From a bacterium (lineage in GTDB: Bacteria > Verrucomicrobiota > Verrucomicrobiia > Chthoniobacterales > JAFAMB01): DNA of 64,000 nt. The notes below the pieces were generated by a model. The model was not told where the DNA came from. It made no database searches and saw only the letters and a list, made by a program, of their open reading frames with translations. Location of the stretch: assembly GCA_046727075.1 (NCBI GenBank), contig JBKPBY010000053.1:13078-77077 (forward strand). The letters run 5' to 3'. This document shows positions 9,758 through 18,945 of this stretch, piece by piece (within the stretch, counting starts at the first letter, position 1; each line of letters starts with the position of its first letter). The translations under genes and the position numbers were made by a program.

Positions 9758-9781
9758 GCGCGCCCTGCGCGCGCAGGTTTT
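9754..9781 (+). terminator. intrinsic-terminator-like hairpin
   Basis: CTGAGCGCGC-CCT-GCGCGCGCAG followed by GTTTT. The stem includes the TGA stop of the upstream gene. Confidence 0.6.
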
Positions 9782-9812
9782 CCGTCTTCCGTCAACCGTC
9801 TTCCGTCAACCG
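9782..9812. repeat. tandem 14-mer CCGTCTTCCGTCAA, 2.2 copies
   Basis: Perfect copies at 9782-9795 and 9796-9809. Complementary words CGGAAGACGG (9967-9976) and GGTTGACGG (9989-9997) lie about 160 nt downstream. Confidence 0.85.
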
Positions 9813-10060
9813 TTGGAATGCACTTCGGTCATGGCGCGTGCTGTGATCTGGATGGCGGCGTTACGTCGTGGAGCCATCGAGCGCCAGCTATTTCCACGAC
9901 AGCGATCCACAGAGCACCGCCCTCCAGAGCCAGGGGTGCAAGTCGTGCCACAAAGAACGGAAACCACGGAAGACGGAAAACGGAAGATGGTTGACGGTCG
10001 ACCGCCGACCGCGGGCCGCCGCCCGTTGGACGGAAACAGGAACACGAGCTATGATCCCGC

Positions 10061-10546
10061 GTGAAACGGTTGCTTGCGGTTGGTGGTCGTAGTTTTCTTC
10101 TGGCCTCCCAATTGTTGGCTGGGTTGATCCCATATGTCCCTAACGATCGTGACTTTGTTCGGTCTGGTCCAAAGTCTGGATTTTACGCGATCTCTTCCGA
10201 CTCGAGCAGATGGTGGAACTGGGGACTTGTGCGTGCCCCCGTCGAAGAGCCAACGCCCTTTAATCACGGATATGGCACCGATGCGATTGCAATTCCCTTT
10301 AATCGGAATGAGCGCGTTGGGTTTGCGCCGGTTTATATCTACACCATTCGCCCAGAATCGCTTCAGGAACAGCGTTTAGCGGCCATCGTCCCGGGTGTTA
10401 CCACCGCGACTGATGTGGCGAGACTGTTCGGTCGACCCGCCATCAAAGCTCAAGTACGCGGGACGAGCGTCTGGTATTACGAGATCCGGGTTTTCAACCC
10501 GTTTCAAGAATACCAGGGCTCAGGCGGAGACGGGCGGGGTAGATGA
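10061..10546 (+). CDS. hypothetical exported protein with a BamE/SmpA-like C-terminal segment
   Basis: 161 aa with a GTG start and a hydrophobic N-terminus. IVPGVTTATDVARLFGRPAIKAQVRGTSVWYYEI resembles the BamE-type fold motif. The stop overlaps the next start (ATGA). Confidence 0.5.
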   Translation: MKRLLAVGGRSFLLASQLLAGLIPYVPNDRDFVRSGPKSGFYAISSDSSRWWNWGLVRAPVEEPTPFNHGYGTDAIAIPFNRNERVGFAPVYIYTIRPESLQEQRLAAIVPGVTTATDVARLFGRPAIKAQVRGTSVWYYEIRVFNPFQEYQGSGGDGRGR

Positions 10547-12204
10547 TCCGGCAGAGGCGGGAGTATTGGGTCGCCGCAATCCTTTTTCTGGTCGTCCTGG
10601 TGCTGCGAATTCTTTACGCGGCCCATTATAGAATCGATTCGGACGAGCATCAGCATCTCCACGTCGTATGGGGATGGACCAAAGGGATGATTCCGTACCG
10701 CGACTACTTCGACAATCATGCTCCCTTATTTCAGGCGCTTGTGTCGCCGTTCTTCGGTTGGCTAGGGGAACGACCTGACATCGTCGTCCCGATGCGCCTC
10801 CTCATGATCCTGCCATTCGGGTTATCGGTTTTCCTGGTGGGAAAAATAGGCTCAATGGCTTTCTCGGCCCGGACTGGGCTTTGGGCGGCTGTTTTCTCGG
10901 CTGTCTGCTTCAGATTTTTCTTCGTTTCAACAGAGTTCCGCCCGGACGATCTCTGGGCGCTTCTTTGGTTCACTGCGATTTTCGTAGCAATCTCTGGGGA
11001 CGTACCGTCTCGGCGAAGCCTGGTCGTCGGGCTTCTTGGCGGAGTGGCCCTTTGCGTCTCCATGAAAACAGTTCTGATGGTGTTCGCAATAGCTGCCGCG
11101 AGCATCATCATCATAATCCTTCGAGCAGTCGATGATCGTGCCGTCCCTTGGCAGCGAATTGCGAGTAGCGGTATGTTGATGCTTTTTGGGTTGGCTCTTT
11201 ATCCGGTCTTAACTATTCTGTTCTTCCGATTGCACGGCGCTCTTACGTCAATGTACGACTGCGTCGCTCTCCACAATCTTGTTGCTGGCCCCAAATCGCA
11301 GCCGCTCTACTTACGATTATTGAAGTGGGCGGCTTTGCTCGTCGTGCCGGTGGCAGCTTCCATCGTTGTGTATCGCCGGTCACAACGTGACGGGAAATTG
11401 ATTCGGGCAGTCTGGCTCTTTCTTGTGGCGATCTTTTACTACATTACGCTCAAGGCTCTTTGGCCATTTGCGACTGCCGAGGATTATTTACCGTCCGATC
11501 CGCTCTTCATGATCTTTCTGGCCGCAGCAGTCTTAGCCCTCGCCAAGGTCTTTCGTGAACAGCTGCGAGTGCCCGAAGTTGTTTTGCCGCTGGTCGCCGC
11601 CGCTGCCGGGATTACCTGGATTGTTCGCAGCCAGTCGCCGTTAAATGACGCCACCGTAGACAAGATTGGTCAGGTGAAAACCGTGCTAATGCTTACGCAG
11701 CCGGACGAATATGTGATGGACAGTAAGGGCGAAGCCATTTTTCGGCGCCGCCCGTTTTATTACGTTCTGGAAGGGATGACCGGTATTCGGATGAAAGCTG
11801 GGCTAATCAAAGACACGATTCCGGAGCGACTGGTTTCGACTGAAACGCCGCTTGCAACCGTTCATCGGATGCCTCCTCGGGCAGCGGGCTTTATTCGCCA
11901 GAACTATTTGCCCATTGCCTTTCGTCTCTCAGTTCCGGGCCAGTTGCTGCCGATGAAAAGTGACGATGCGACCTGTGAAATTCGGGTTCCGTCAACCTAT
12001 ACTATCGTCTCGGAGAAAGGACCATTCGCCGGAACAGTTAACGGTGAGCCGTTTACGGGTTCAATGCGTTTAGAGTCCGGGATTTACCGTATTCACCGCG
12101 ATGGCGGCTCAGGCGCACTGGCAATTGTTTGGTCACGCGCAATCGAAAAAGGATTTAACCCTTTCGCTGCGCTGAAAAAGGATATCCCGACTGCGCAGGA
12201 TTAG
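10543..12204 (+). CDS. polytopic membrane glycosyltransferase, GT-C fold (ArnT/PMT, GT39-like)
   Basis: 553 aa with more than 10 predicted TM helices. An acidic first-loop motif RIDSDEHQHLH is typical of GT-C enzymes. Soluble C-terminal domain. Confidence 0.6.
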   Translation: MIRQRREYWVAAILFLVVLVLRILYAAHYRIDSDEHQHLHVVWGWTKGMIPYRDYFDNHAPLFQALVSPFFGWLGERPDIVVPMRLLMILPFGLSVFLVGKIGSMAFSARTGLWAAVFSAVCFRFFFVSTEFRPDDLWALLWFTAIFVAISGDVPSRRSLVVGLLGGVALCVSMKTVLMVFAIAAASIIIIILRAVDDRAVPWQRIASSGMLMLFGLALYPVLTILFFRLHGALTSMYDCVALHNLVAGPKSQPLYLRLLKWAALLVVPVAASIVVYRRSQRDGKLIRAVWLFLVAIFYYITLKALWPFATAEDYLPSDPLFMIFLAAAVLALAKVFREQLRVPEVVLPLVAAAAGITWIVRSQSPLNDATVDKIGQVKTVLMLTQPDEYVMDSKGEAIFRRRPFYYVLEGMTGIRMKAGLIKDTIPERLVSTETPLATVHRMPPRAAGFIRQNYLPIAFRLSVPGQLLPMKSDDATCEIRVPSTYTIVSEKGPFAGTVNGEPFTGSMRLESGIYRIHRDGGSGALAIVWSRAIEKGFNPFAALKKDIPTAQD

Positions 12205-12207
12205 TCC

Positions 12208-12232
12208 GGGTTTTGCATGAGAAGCAAAACCC
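12208..12232 (+). terminator. perfect 9-bp stem-loop after the GT-C gene (no U-tract)
   Basis: GGGTTTTGC-ATGAGAA-GCAAAACCC, located 4 nt after the stop. Confidence 0.35.
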
Positions 12233-12325
12233 GCCGCGTCCAGATCGGCGGGTTAGCGACGCCACCGTTTGCACGCTCCCCGTTTTTCGCGCATCTTCGC
12301 GACTCGGCTTTAAAGCCGCCGCACC

Positions 12326-14971
12326 ATGAACGCATCTGACATCAGGCAATCGTTTCTAGATTTCTTTCGCGAGAAACAGCACACCATCGTGCCTTCAGCG
12401 AGCCTGATGCCGACCGCTCCAAACCTGCTCTTTACCAACGCGGGAATGAATCAGTTCGTTCCCTATTTTCTCGGTCAGGAGAAAGCTCCATTCTCTCCAC
12501 CTCGAGCGGCAGATACGCAGAAATGTATTCGTGCCGGTGGGAAGCATAACGATCTCGATGACGTCGGTTTCGACACCTATCATCACACCTTTTTCGAGAT
12601 GTTCGGGAACTGGAGCTTCGGCGACTACTTCAAGAAAGAAGCAATTGCCTGGGCATGGGAACTCTTAGTTGAACGCTGGAAATTTCCTCCGAAACGACTC
12701 TATGCAACGGTGTATCAGCCTGGCGAAAGCGATCCGTCGAGCTTCGACCAAGAAGCTTTCGATCATTGGGCTGTGCGGTTTCAGAGGGCAGGGCTCGATC
12801 CCAAGAAACACATCATCAGCGGAAATCGGAAAGATAATTTTTGGATGATGGGAGACACGGGACCCTGCGGACCCTGTTCGGAAGTGCACGTTGATCTGAC
12901 GGCGGAAGGGGACTCCGAGGGCAAGTTGGTTAATCAAGGCAGCCCGCTTTGCATTGAAATCTGGAATCTCGTGTTTATCCAATTTAACGCGAACGCTGAT
13001 GGGACGTTCTCACCATTGCCGGCGAAACATGTCGATACTGGAATGGGATTTGAACGGGTCGCCGGTATCATGGCTTGCACTGAAGGGTTCAAAGATTTTT
13101 CCAAGCCGATCTCTAACTACAATAGCGAAGTCTTTTTGCCGATCTTTCGCAAAATCACAGAGCTGAGTGGAAAAGAGTATCAAGGAACTTTGCCAGACTC
13201 GCGGGCACATCTCTCGAAACAGGAAAAAGTGGATGTGGCGTTCCGAGTTATCGCGGATCACTTGCGAGCCCTCACGTTCGGTATCGCCGATGGGATTATT
13301 CCCAGCAATACCGATCGCAATTACGTGTTAAGGAGAATCCTGCGACGGGCCGTGATGTTTGGACGCTATCTCGGTTTTGGTTCAGAGGGTTTCTTAAGCA
13401 AGCTCGTTCCGATCGTGGTCGAGAACTTTGGAGACGTTTTCCCGGAACTTCGACAGCAGGAATCGAAGGCTATTCAAGTACTAGAGAGTGAGGAGGCCCT
13501 GTTCAATCGCACTCTCGATCGCGGCTTGCGATTGTTCGAAGAGGCGCTGCCAAAACAACAGAGAGGTGAATTTTCCGCCGAGACAGCGTTTAAACTATAC
13601 GATACCTACGGTTTCCCGGTCGATCTGACCGAGGTACTTGTGCGCGAACGCGGGATGACGCTCGATCTCGGAGCCGTCCAGCAACTCCTTGAGACCCAAC
13701 GTGAACGCTCTCGCGCGGCTCGCGAAACGGAAGTCATCAGCGCCGTAGAAGAGACCGTTCCAACCGAGTTCGTCGGCTTTTACCATGACGAAGCAAAAGG
13801 CAAACTCGTCAGCATCGTAAAGGAACAAGATCAGGTCCTGGCTGCCGTCGATCGATCGCCTTTTTATGCCGAAATGGGTGGTCAAGTAGGTGACACTGGC
13901 GAGATCGTATTACCGGAGGGCCAATCCATCCCTGTTTCAGGAATCGTGCGCCAAGGAAGGACTTTTTACCTCAAACTCGGTCGAGCTGTTAAGGCTGAAC
14001 CGCCGGTCGAAGTTGTTTTGAAAGTGAGCCAGGTGCGACGCCGGATGATTGAGGCTAACCATACGGCAACCCATCTGCTTCATTGGGCCCTTCATGAAAT
14101 CGTGGGAAGAGATGTCCGCCAGAAAGGCTCTTATGTTGGGCCCGACTATTTGCGATTCGACTTTAATAGCCAGCCTTTGACCCATGACCAGGTGCGGCAA
14201 ATCCAGGAGCTTGTTAATCGACGGGTGATTTCCAATGATCCGGTGAGCTGGATCGAAGTCCCTTTCGACGAGGTACGTTCACACCCGGAAATCATGCAGT
14301 TCTTCGGCGAAAAATATGGGAACGAGGTACGGGTGGTACAAATCGGAGGTAATCCAGGACGGTTGGATGGCTATTCGATGGAGCTCTGCGGAGGCACGCA
14401 CGTGTTGCGGACCGGACAAATTGGTCTGTTCAAAATTACCAGCGAAGGCGCCATCGCAGCTGGTGTACGGCGTATCGAGGCGCTCACCGGGATGACAGCT
14501 TTTCAGCAGCTCCAAAGCCAGCTCGACGAGAAGAGCGCTCAGATTGAGCTGCTAAACAAAGAGCTCGTTGATCTCCGCAAATCGATTGAAAAGCAGAAGG
14601 TGCAAACGACCCAACGCGAAGCGGAACAATTCGTCAGCGGCCTTCGTTTGTCTGACAAGACGATCATCGAGATCTTGGATGGCGCGAGTGGCGACTATCT
14701 GCAGGCCATCGCGAACGCGCTGAAAACAAAGCGGTTTAACGGTGTGGCAATTTTCTTTGGAAAGACATCCGACCAGATCCACGTGCTAGCGTATGTGGAT
14801 TCGTCATTGACCAAACAGTCCCAGGCCGGCCGCGTGGTGCAGGAGCTCACACAAATCCTAGGCGGCAAAGGCGGCGGGCGACCCGATCTCGCACGTGGAG
14901 TTGGTAAGGATCTGGGCAAGCTGGCTGACGCGGTTCACCGCGCCAAAGAAATCGTAGCGAATATTCGGTGA
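12326..14971 (+). CDS. alaS: alanine--tRNA ligase
   Basis: 881 aa. FTNAGMNQF, HHTFFEMFGNWSFGDYFK, the editing-domain HTATHLLH motif and C-terminal GGKGGGRPDLA. Confidence 0.97.
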   Translation: MNASDIRQSFLDFFREKQHTIVPSASLMPTAPNLLFTNAGMNQFVPYFLGQEKAPFSPPRAADTQKCIRAGGKHNDLDDVGFDTYHHTFFEMFGNWSFGDYFKKEAIAWAWELLVERWKFPPKRLYATVYQPGESDPSSFDQEAFDHWAVRFQRAGLDPKKHIISGNRKDNFWMMGDTGPCGPCSEVHVDLTAEGDSEGKLVNQGSPLCIEIWNLVFIQFNANADGTFSPLPAKHVDTGMGFERVAGIMACTEGFKDFSKPISNYNSEVFLPIFRKITELSGKEYQGTLPDSRAHLSKQEKVDVAFRVIADHLRALTFGIADGIIPSNTDRNYVLRRILRRAVMFGRYLGFGSEGFLSKLVPIVVENFGDVFPELRQQESKAIQVLESEEALFNRTLDRGLRLFEEALPKQQRGEFSAETAFKLYDTYGFPVDLTEVLVRERGMTLDLGAVQQLLETQRERSRAARETEVISAVEETVPTEFVGFYHDEAKGKLVSIVKEQDQVLAAVDRSPFYAEMGGQVGDTGEIVLPEGQSIPVSGIVRQGRTFYLKLGRAVKAEPPVEVVLKVSQVRRRMIEANHTATHLLHWALHEIVGRDVRQKGSYVGPDYLRFDFNSQPLTHDQVRQIQELVNRRVISNDPVSWIEVPFDEVRSHPEIMQFFGEKYGNEVRVVQIGGNPGRLDGYSMELCGGTHVLRTGQIGLFKITSEGAIAAGVRRIEALTGMTAFQQLQSQLDEKSAQIELLNKELVDLRKSIEKQKVQTTQREAEQFVSGLRLSDKTIIEILDGASGDYLQAIANALKTKRFNGVAIFFGKTSDQIHVLAYVDSSLTKQSQAGRVVQELTQILGGKGGGRPDLARGVGKDLGKLADAVHRAKEIVANIR

Positions 14972-15101
14972 TAATCGGATTCGTCGCTCCGTAGTCCGCG
15001 CCTCAATCGATGATCGCACCTTTCAGCGCCCGTGCCATGGGCCTCGCGACCAGAGGCTGCGCGGCATCCTGGATTTGGCGGCAGAGGCCCGCCGGCCTAG
15101 G

Positions 15102-16791
15102 CTATTTTGAGCACGCAGCTTCGCCGCTCTCTACGTACTCATACGGTTCGTAGACCGGTTCCCAGAAATTCGCTTTGAGCTCTTGTTCCAGCCCTGCTTC
15201 ATCCACTTCCGCGAGCCCGTCCTTGATTGACTGCAGGCCGACGGCTCTGGCTACTGACTTACTCACCGAGCGGATTGTCTCCAATGCTGGAAGCAAACTG
15301 GCATTCTTGTCCTGACGAGTGGGCGAAAGCTCTGCTAGTGCCAGTGCTGCCGCCTTGATCATTCCGTCGGATACATGCCGGGCGCGCGAAGAGAGTATGC
15401 CAAGTGCAAGCCCCGGGAAGACGTACGAGTTGTTTGTCTGAACAAATGGCACAGGCCGGCCGTTATAGCTAGCCGGAGGAAATGGACTTCCGGTCCCGAT
15501 CAACGCCCGCCCCTCCGTCGCGTCTGCGACCCTCCTGCGGCGTCGCTTCGCAGCGCGAGTTTGGATTGGACAACGGGAAGATTATCGGTCGGGCGACGTC
15601 TTGTGCCATCGTCCTCATTGCTTCTTTGGTGAATGCGCCCTGCTGACCTGAAACACCGATGAGAACGGTGGGACGCACATTCTTGATCACATCGAGTAGC
15701 CCGATGTTCTGCGGATCCGTAACCTTCCATTCCGCCACCTCAGCGCGCTGGCGGGCGAAAGCCTGCTGCTCAGGACGCACGCCTTCGCCACCTTCCACAA
15801 TTAGCCCGTAGCGATCGATTGCGTAGAAGCGGGAATAAGCGTCTCGTTCGCTCAGACCGGCGTCCCGCATCGTCGACAAAATGAGACGAGAGATTCCGAT
15901 GCCTGCACCGCCGAAACCTAAAACGACGATACGTTGATCTTCCAAAGGGACGCCTGTGACATTTATTGCCGACAGCAGTGTGCCAGTGGCGATGGCCGCA
16001 GTCCCCTGAATATCATCGTTAAAAGTGCACAGCTGGTTTCTGTACCGCTCAAGGAACTTTGCGCGTTACCTCCCGCAAAGTCCTCCCATTGCAGAAGAAC
16101 CTTCGGCCATCGACGCTTAACCGCCGAAACAAACGTATCGACCAACTCTTCGTACTTTGCGCCGCGTACCCGCTTGCTTTGCCAGCCGATATAAAGTGGA
16201 TCAGCCAACCGCTCCTCATTGTCGGTACCGACATCCAGCAAAATCGGCAGGCACCACTCTGGCCGGATACCTGCCAGAGCGGTGTACAGAGCCATCTTGC
16301 CAATCGGAATTCCCATCCCGCCGGCACCTTGGTCGCCTAACCCGAGAATGCGTTCTCCGTCGCTGACCACGATACAGCGAATGTCATCATAACGCCGATG
16401 CGAGAAGATCTGCTCGATGCGATTTCTATTCCGGATAGCTCAGGAAAAGGCCACGCGGTTTCCGCCAGATCTCGCTGAATTTCTGGCACGCTTCGCCTAC
16501 CGTCGGCGTATAAACGATCGGCAACGTGTCTTTGATGTGCTCGGCAATTAGCGAATAAAAGAGCGTTTCATTCGTGTCCTGAAGATCCCGCATGAATTCA
16601 TACTTCTCGAGCGGCGCCGTTAAGTTCGACAACCCTTTGCGTCGTCGCGTTCTCTGGTACTCCAACGTGCTGACATGGGTGGGCAAAAGACCGTGCAGCG
16701 CGAAGGTGTCGCGCTCGCTTTCGGAAAACGCCGTCCCTTTGTTAAGGCGCGAATTGTTCAGCAGATTCGGCCCTGTAAGGTTTGTCTTCAT
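15102..16791 (-). pseudogene. NAD-dependent malic enzyme gene broken by three frameshifts
   Basis: Four consecutive minus-strand ORFs (16791-16426, 16370-15963, 15945-15469, 15503-15102) together spell a ~563-aa malic enzyme: PIVYTPTVGEAC, VVSDGERILGLGDQG, GFGGAGIGIS, PIIFPLSNP, GTGSPF. FNDDIQGTA is readable only in a shifted frame. Frame changes occur near 16426-16432, 16058-16062 and 15530. Confidence 0.85.
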
Positions 16792-16820
16792 TATCCTGTC
16801 CTTTCTGCGCTAATCTAAAG

Positions 16821-16860
16821 CCGACACGCCGACACGCCGATACTCCGACACGCCGATACT
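16821..16860. repeat. 8-nt periodic array CCGACACG/CCGATACT, 5 units
   Basis: CCGACACG CCGACACG CCGATACT CCGACACG CCGATACT, lying between the malic-enzyme start and the dps stop. The same word family recurs at 39815-39900 and 49559-49620. Confidence 0.9.
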
Positions 16861-16864
16861 TCAC

Positions 16865-17401
16865 TCAGTGCTGCGGCGTACCGGCCCTGGCAGTTTCGAA
16901 AAGGAACCAGGTCCGTCGCTCCGCCTCGTCGATCCAATTTTCAATCAAACTGGCTGTAGCGACATCGTGATGCTCATCACAAACGTCATGCGCTGCTCTC
17001 AATCGGGTAGCGAGCGTTTTGTTGTCTTCGCGCAGCTCAGCAATCATATCCAACGGCTCGACGTAAGCAGCGTCGTTGTCTGATACTCGCGTCATCTTGG
17101 CGATTTGCCCCACGGATCGCAGCGTCATACCGCCGATCTTGCGAACCCGTTCCGCGATTTCATCGGTCATCGCAAAGAGCTGCTCAGCTTGTTCGTCCAG
17201 CAACAGGTGGTAGTCACGGAAGTGGGGACCACTCATATGCCAGTGGAAGTTTTTTGTCTTGATATAGAGCGCAAAAACATCGGCGAGGATCGCGTTCATC
17301 GCTCCCTCTATGTCCTTTGTAGCGGCAGGCGACAAATCAGTGGGAGTGACCAGGGGAGCTTCAAGCTTTCGGAGTACAGCCTTCGATTTGTTGGCTTTCA
17401 T
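16865..17401 (-). CDS. dps: Dps-family DNA-protection/ferritin-like protein
   Basis: 178 aa. LADVFALYIKTKNFHWHMSGPHFRDYHLLLDEQ is a typical Dps ferroxidase region. Confidence 0.9.
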   Translation of the reverse strand: MKANKSKAVLRKLEAPLVTPTDLSPAATKDIEGAMNAILADVFALYIKTKNFHWHMSGPHFRDYHLLLDEQAEQLFAMTDEIAERVRKIGGMTLRSVGQIAKMTRVSDNDAAYVEPLDMIAELREDNKTLATRLRAAHDVCDEHHDVATASLIENWIDEAERRTWFLFETARAGTPQH

Positions 17402-17611
17402 ATAAGTTACGATTAAACCAGGCTCCTACCGGTATCGAGCCTGAATAGCACCTAAAGTTCATGGTGGAGCGCCCCTATTATCACCGGCTGCTGGACGTTG
17501 GATCGCCTGAGTTCGCCTTCGATTTCTGTATTCGCAGGAGCCGGTTAGGGAGTTCGAACCATCTTCAATCATGGGTGGGGTTGCATCAACAGGCGGTCGC
17601 CTAGCCGGCGA

Positions 17612-18361
17612 CTACACTTGCGCCAAACCGCCATCCACGAATAGTTCCGTTCCTGTGATGTAGCTACTATCATCGGATGCCAGAAATACCACTGCCCTTG
17701 CAACCTCATCGGGTGCACCGAGCCTGCCTAGTGGAACGAGGTTCGAAATCATCTTCAAGCGTTGCTGACCCACTTCTGAAGAGGCCTGCAATTCGCTAAA
17801 CCCTGGCGTATCGGTGGTACCCGGACTAATTGCGTTCACCCGAATCCGCCGATCCTTCAGATCGGTTGTCCATGTGCGCGCAAAAGAACGCACGGCAGCT
17901 TTTGTCGCGCTGTACACACTGTTTGTTGCCAGCCCCTTGCTGGCAACAATTGACGCATTCAGGATGACCGACGCGCCATCCGGCATCAGCGGCAGCGCCT
18001 TTTGCACAGTGAAAAGGAGGCCTTTTACATTGATGTTAAAGATCGAGTCATACAACTCTTCAGTAATCGTGCCGAGCTTGGCGTACTTCGCAACGCCCGC
18101 GTTCGCGAAGACGATGTCGAGCCTACCCTTTTGCTTTCCGATTTGTGCAAAGAGTCGATCAAGGTCGCCAAGGTTCGAAACGTCGCCTTGTACTCCGGTC
18201 GCGTTTTTTCCAATCTGTTTTACCGCCTCTGCCAACTCTCCTTCGCGCCGTCCGGTGATGAAGACATAGGCGCCTTCGTTCACGAACTGTTTTGCGGTCG
18301 CAAGGCCAATGCCGCTATTGCCGCCAGTAACCAGCGCGATTTTTCCTTCAAGCTTACCCAT
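17612..18361 (-). CDS. short-chain dehydrogenase/reductase (SDR)
   Basis: 249 aa. TGGNSGIG cofactor motif and YSATKAA catalytic motif. Confidence 0.9.
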   Translation of the reverse strand: MGKLEGKIALVTGGNSGIGLATAKQFVNEGAYVFITGRREGELAEAVKQIGKNATGVQGDVSNLGDLDRLFAQIGKQKGRLDIVFANAGVAKYAKLGTITEELYDSIFNINVKGLLFTVQKALPLMPDGASVILNASIVASKGLATNSVYSATKAAVRSFARTWTTDLKDRRIRVNAISPGTTDTPGFSELQASSEVGQQRLKMISNLVPLGRLGAPDEVARAVVFLASDDSSYITGTELFVDGGLAQV

Positions 18362-18945
18362 ATACTGTGTTTCTAAGTGCTATTGGTTTGTTCTCTGCCT
18401 TTCCAGGGATGAAGTTTGATACCGTTTTGCCGAAGGCTGCCGGGCAGGATACGAATGGTCAGGCAACCAACGTTCAAACAACCGCCGCATAATACGGGGA
18501 TATCCTCCTACTTGCCGATCTCGTCAAGTTTTTATCTTCTCATTCACCTACCCGCCTTGACCGGACCATCGAGCGGACTTCTCAGCGTCCGCTCAGGCAC
18601 GCGTTCGGCTTAGGTCGCGCAGGCTTGTCCGCCGAAGCCCTGGCGGAGGAGAGCGACCCTACCCGGCCTGACTTAGCGTAATGGCGGCCTTCTCTCCGGC
18701 CTTCAGCAGCTGATCGGACAATACCGACCAGCCGGTGGTCGTTACCTTGGTATTCAATCCAGCTCAAAAACGAGAGGGATTTGTTCGCGGATTGATTGGC
18801 ATTTTGGCAAAAGATCCGATCGACCCGGAAGATTATCTTACGCTGTACAACAAGTACGACAGCCATCCGATGGATCTCGGAAACTTTCTTCCTAGATAAA
18901 GATAGCGGGCGCGCTGCCGGTGAATCCGTGAGAGGATAAGTGCCC

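Noticed and set aside
9806-10133. Four mutually overlapping ORFs of 74-83 aa, two on each strand, in the gap after the last oxidoreductase gene
   Set aside because: All are Arg/Pro/Gly-rich translations of GC-rich repeat words. None has a plausible start context or protein-like composition. Having four overlapping frames on both strands open at once is what low-complexity DNA produces.
16821-16860. Possible CRISPR array, considered for this and the other short tandem arrays (9782, 25678, 27383, 38686, 44467)
   Set aside because: The units are 7-18 nt and directly abutting, with no unique spacers and only 2-5 copies. No cas genes are present in the window.
17541-17580. GAGTTCGAACC, a T-loop-like motif upstream of dps
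   Set aside because: The flanking bases cannot form a T-stem or the rest of a cloverleaf on either strand.
18711-18754. In-frame TGA followed 7 nt later by a bipartite hairpin (AATACC / CGACCA-GCCGG-TGGTCG / GGTATT), considered as a selenocysteine codon plus SECIS
   Set aside because: There is no Cys or redox motif near the TGA. The 10-codon upstream segment is unconvincing, and no Sec machinery is visible in the window. A decayed gene or an internal start explains it more simply.
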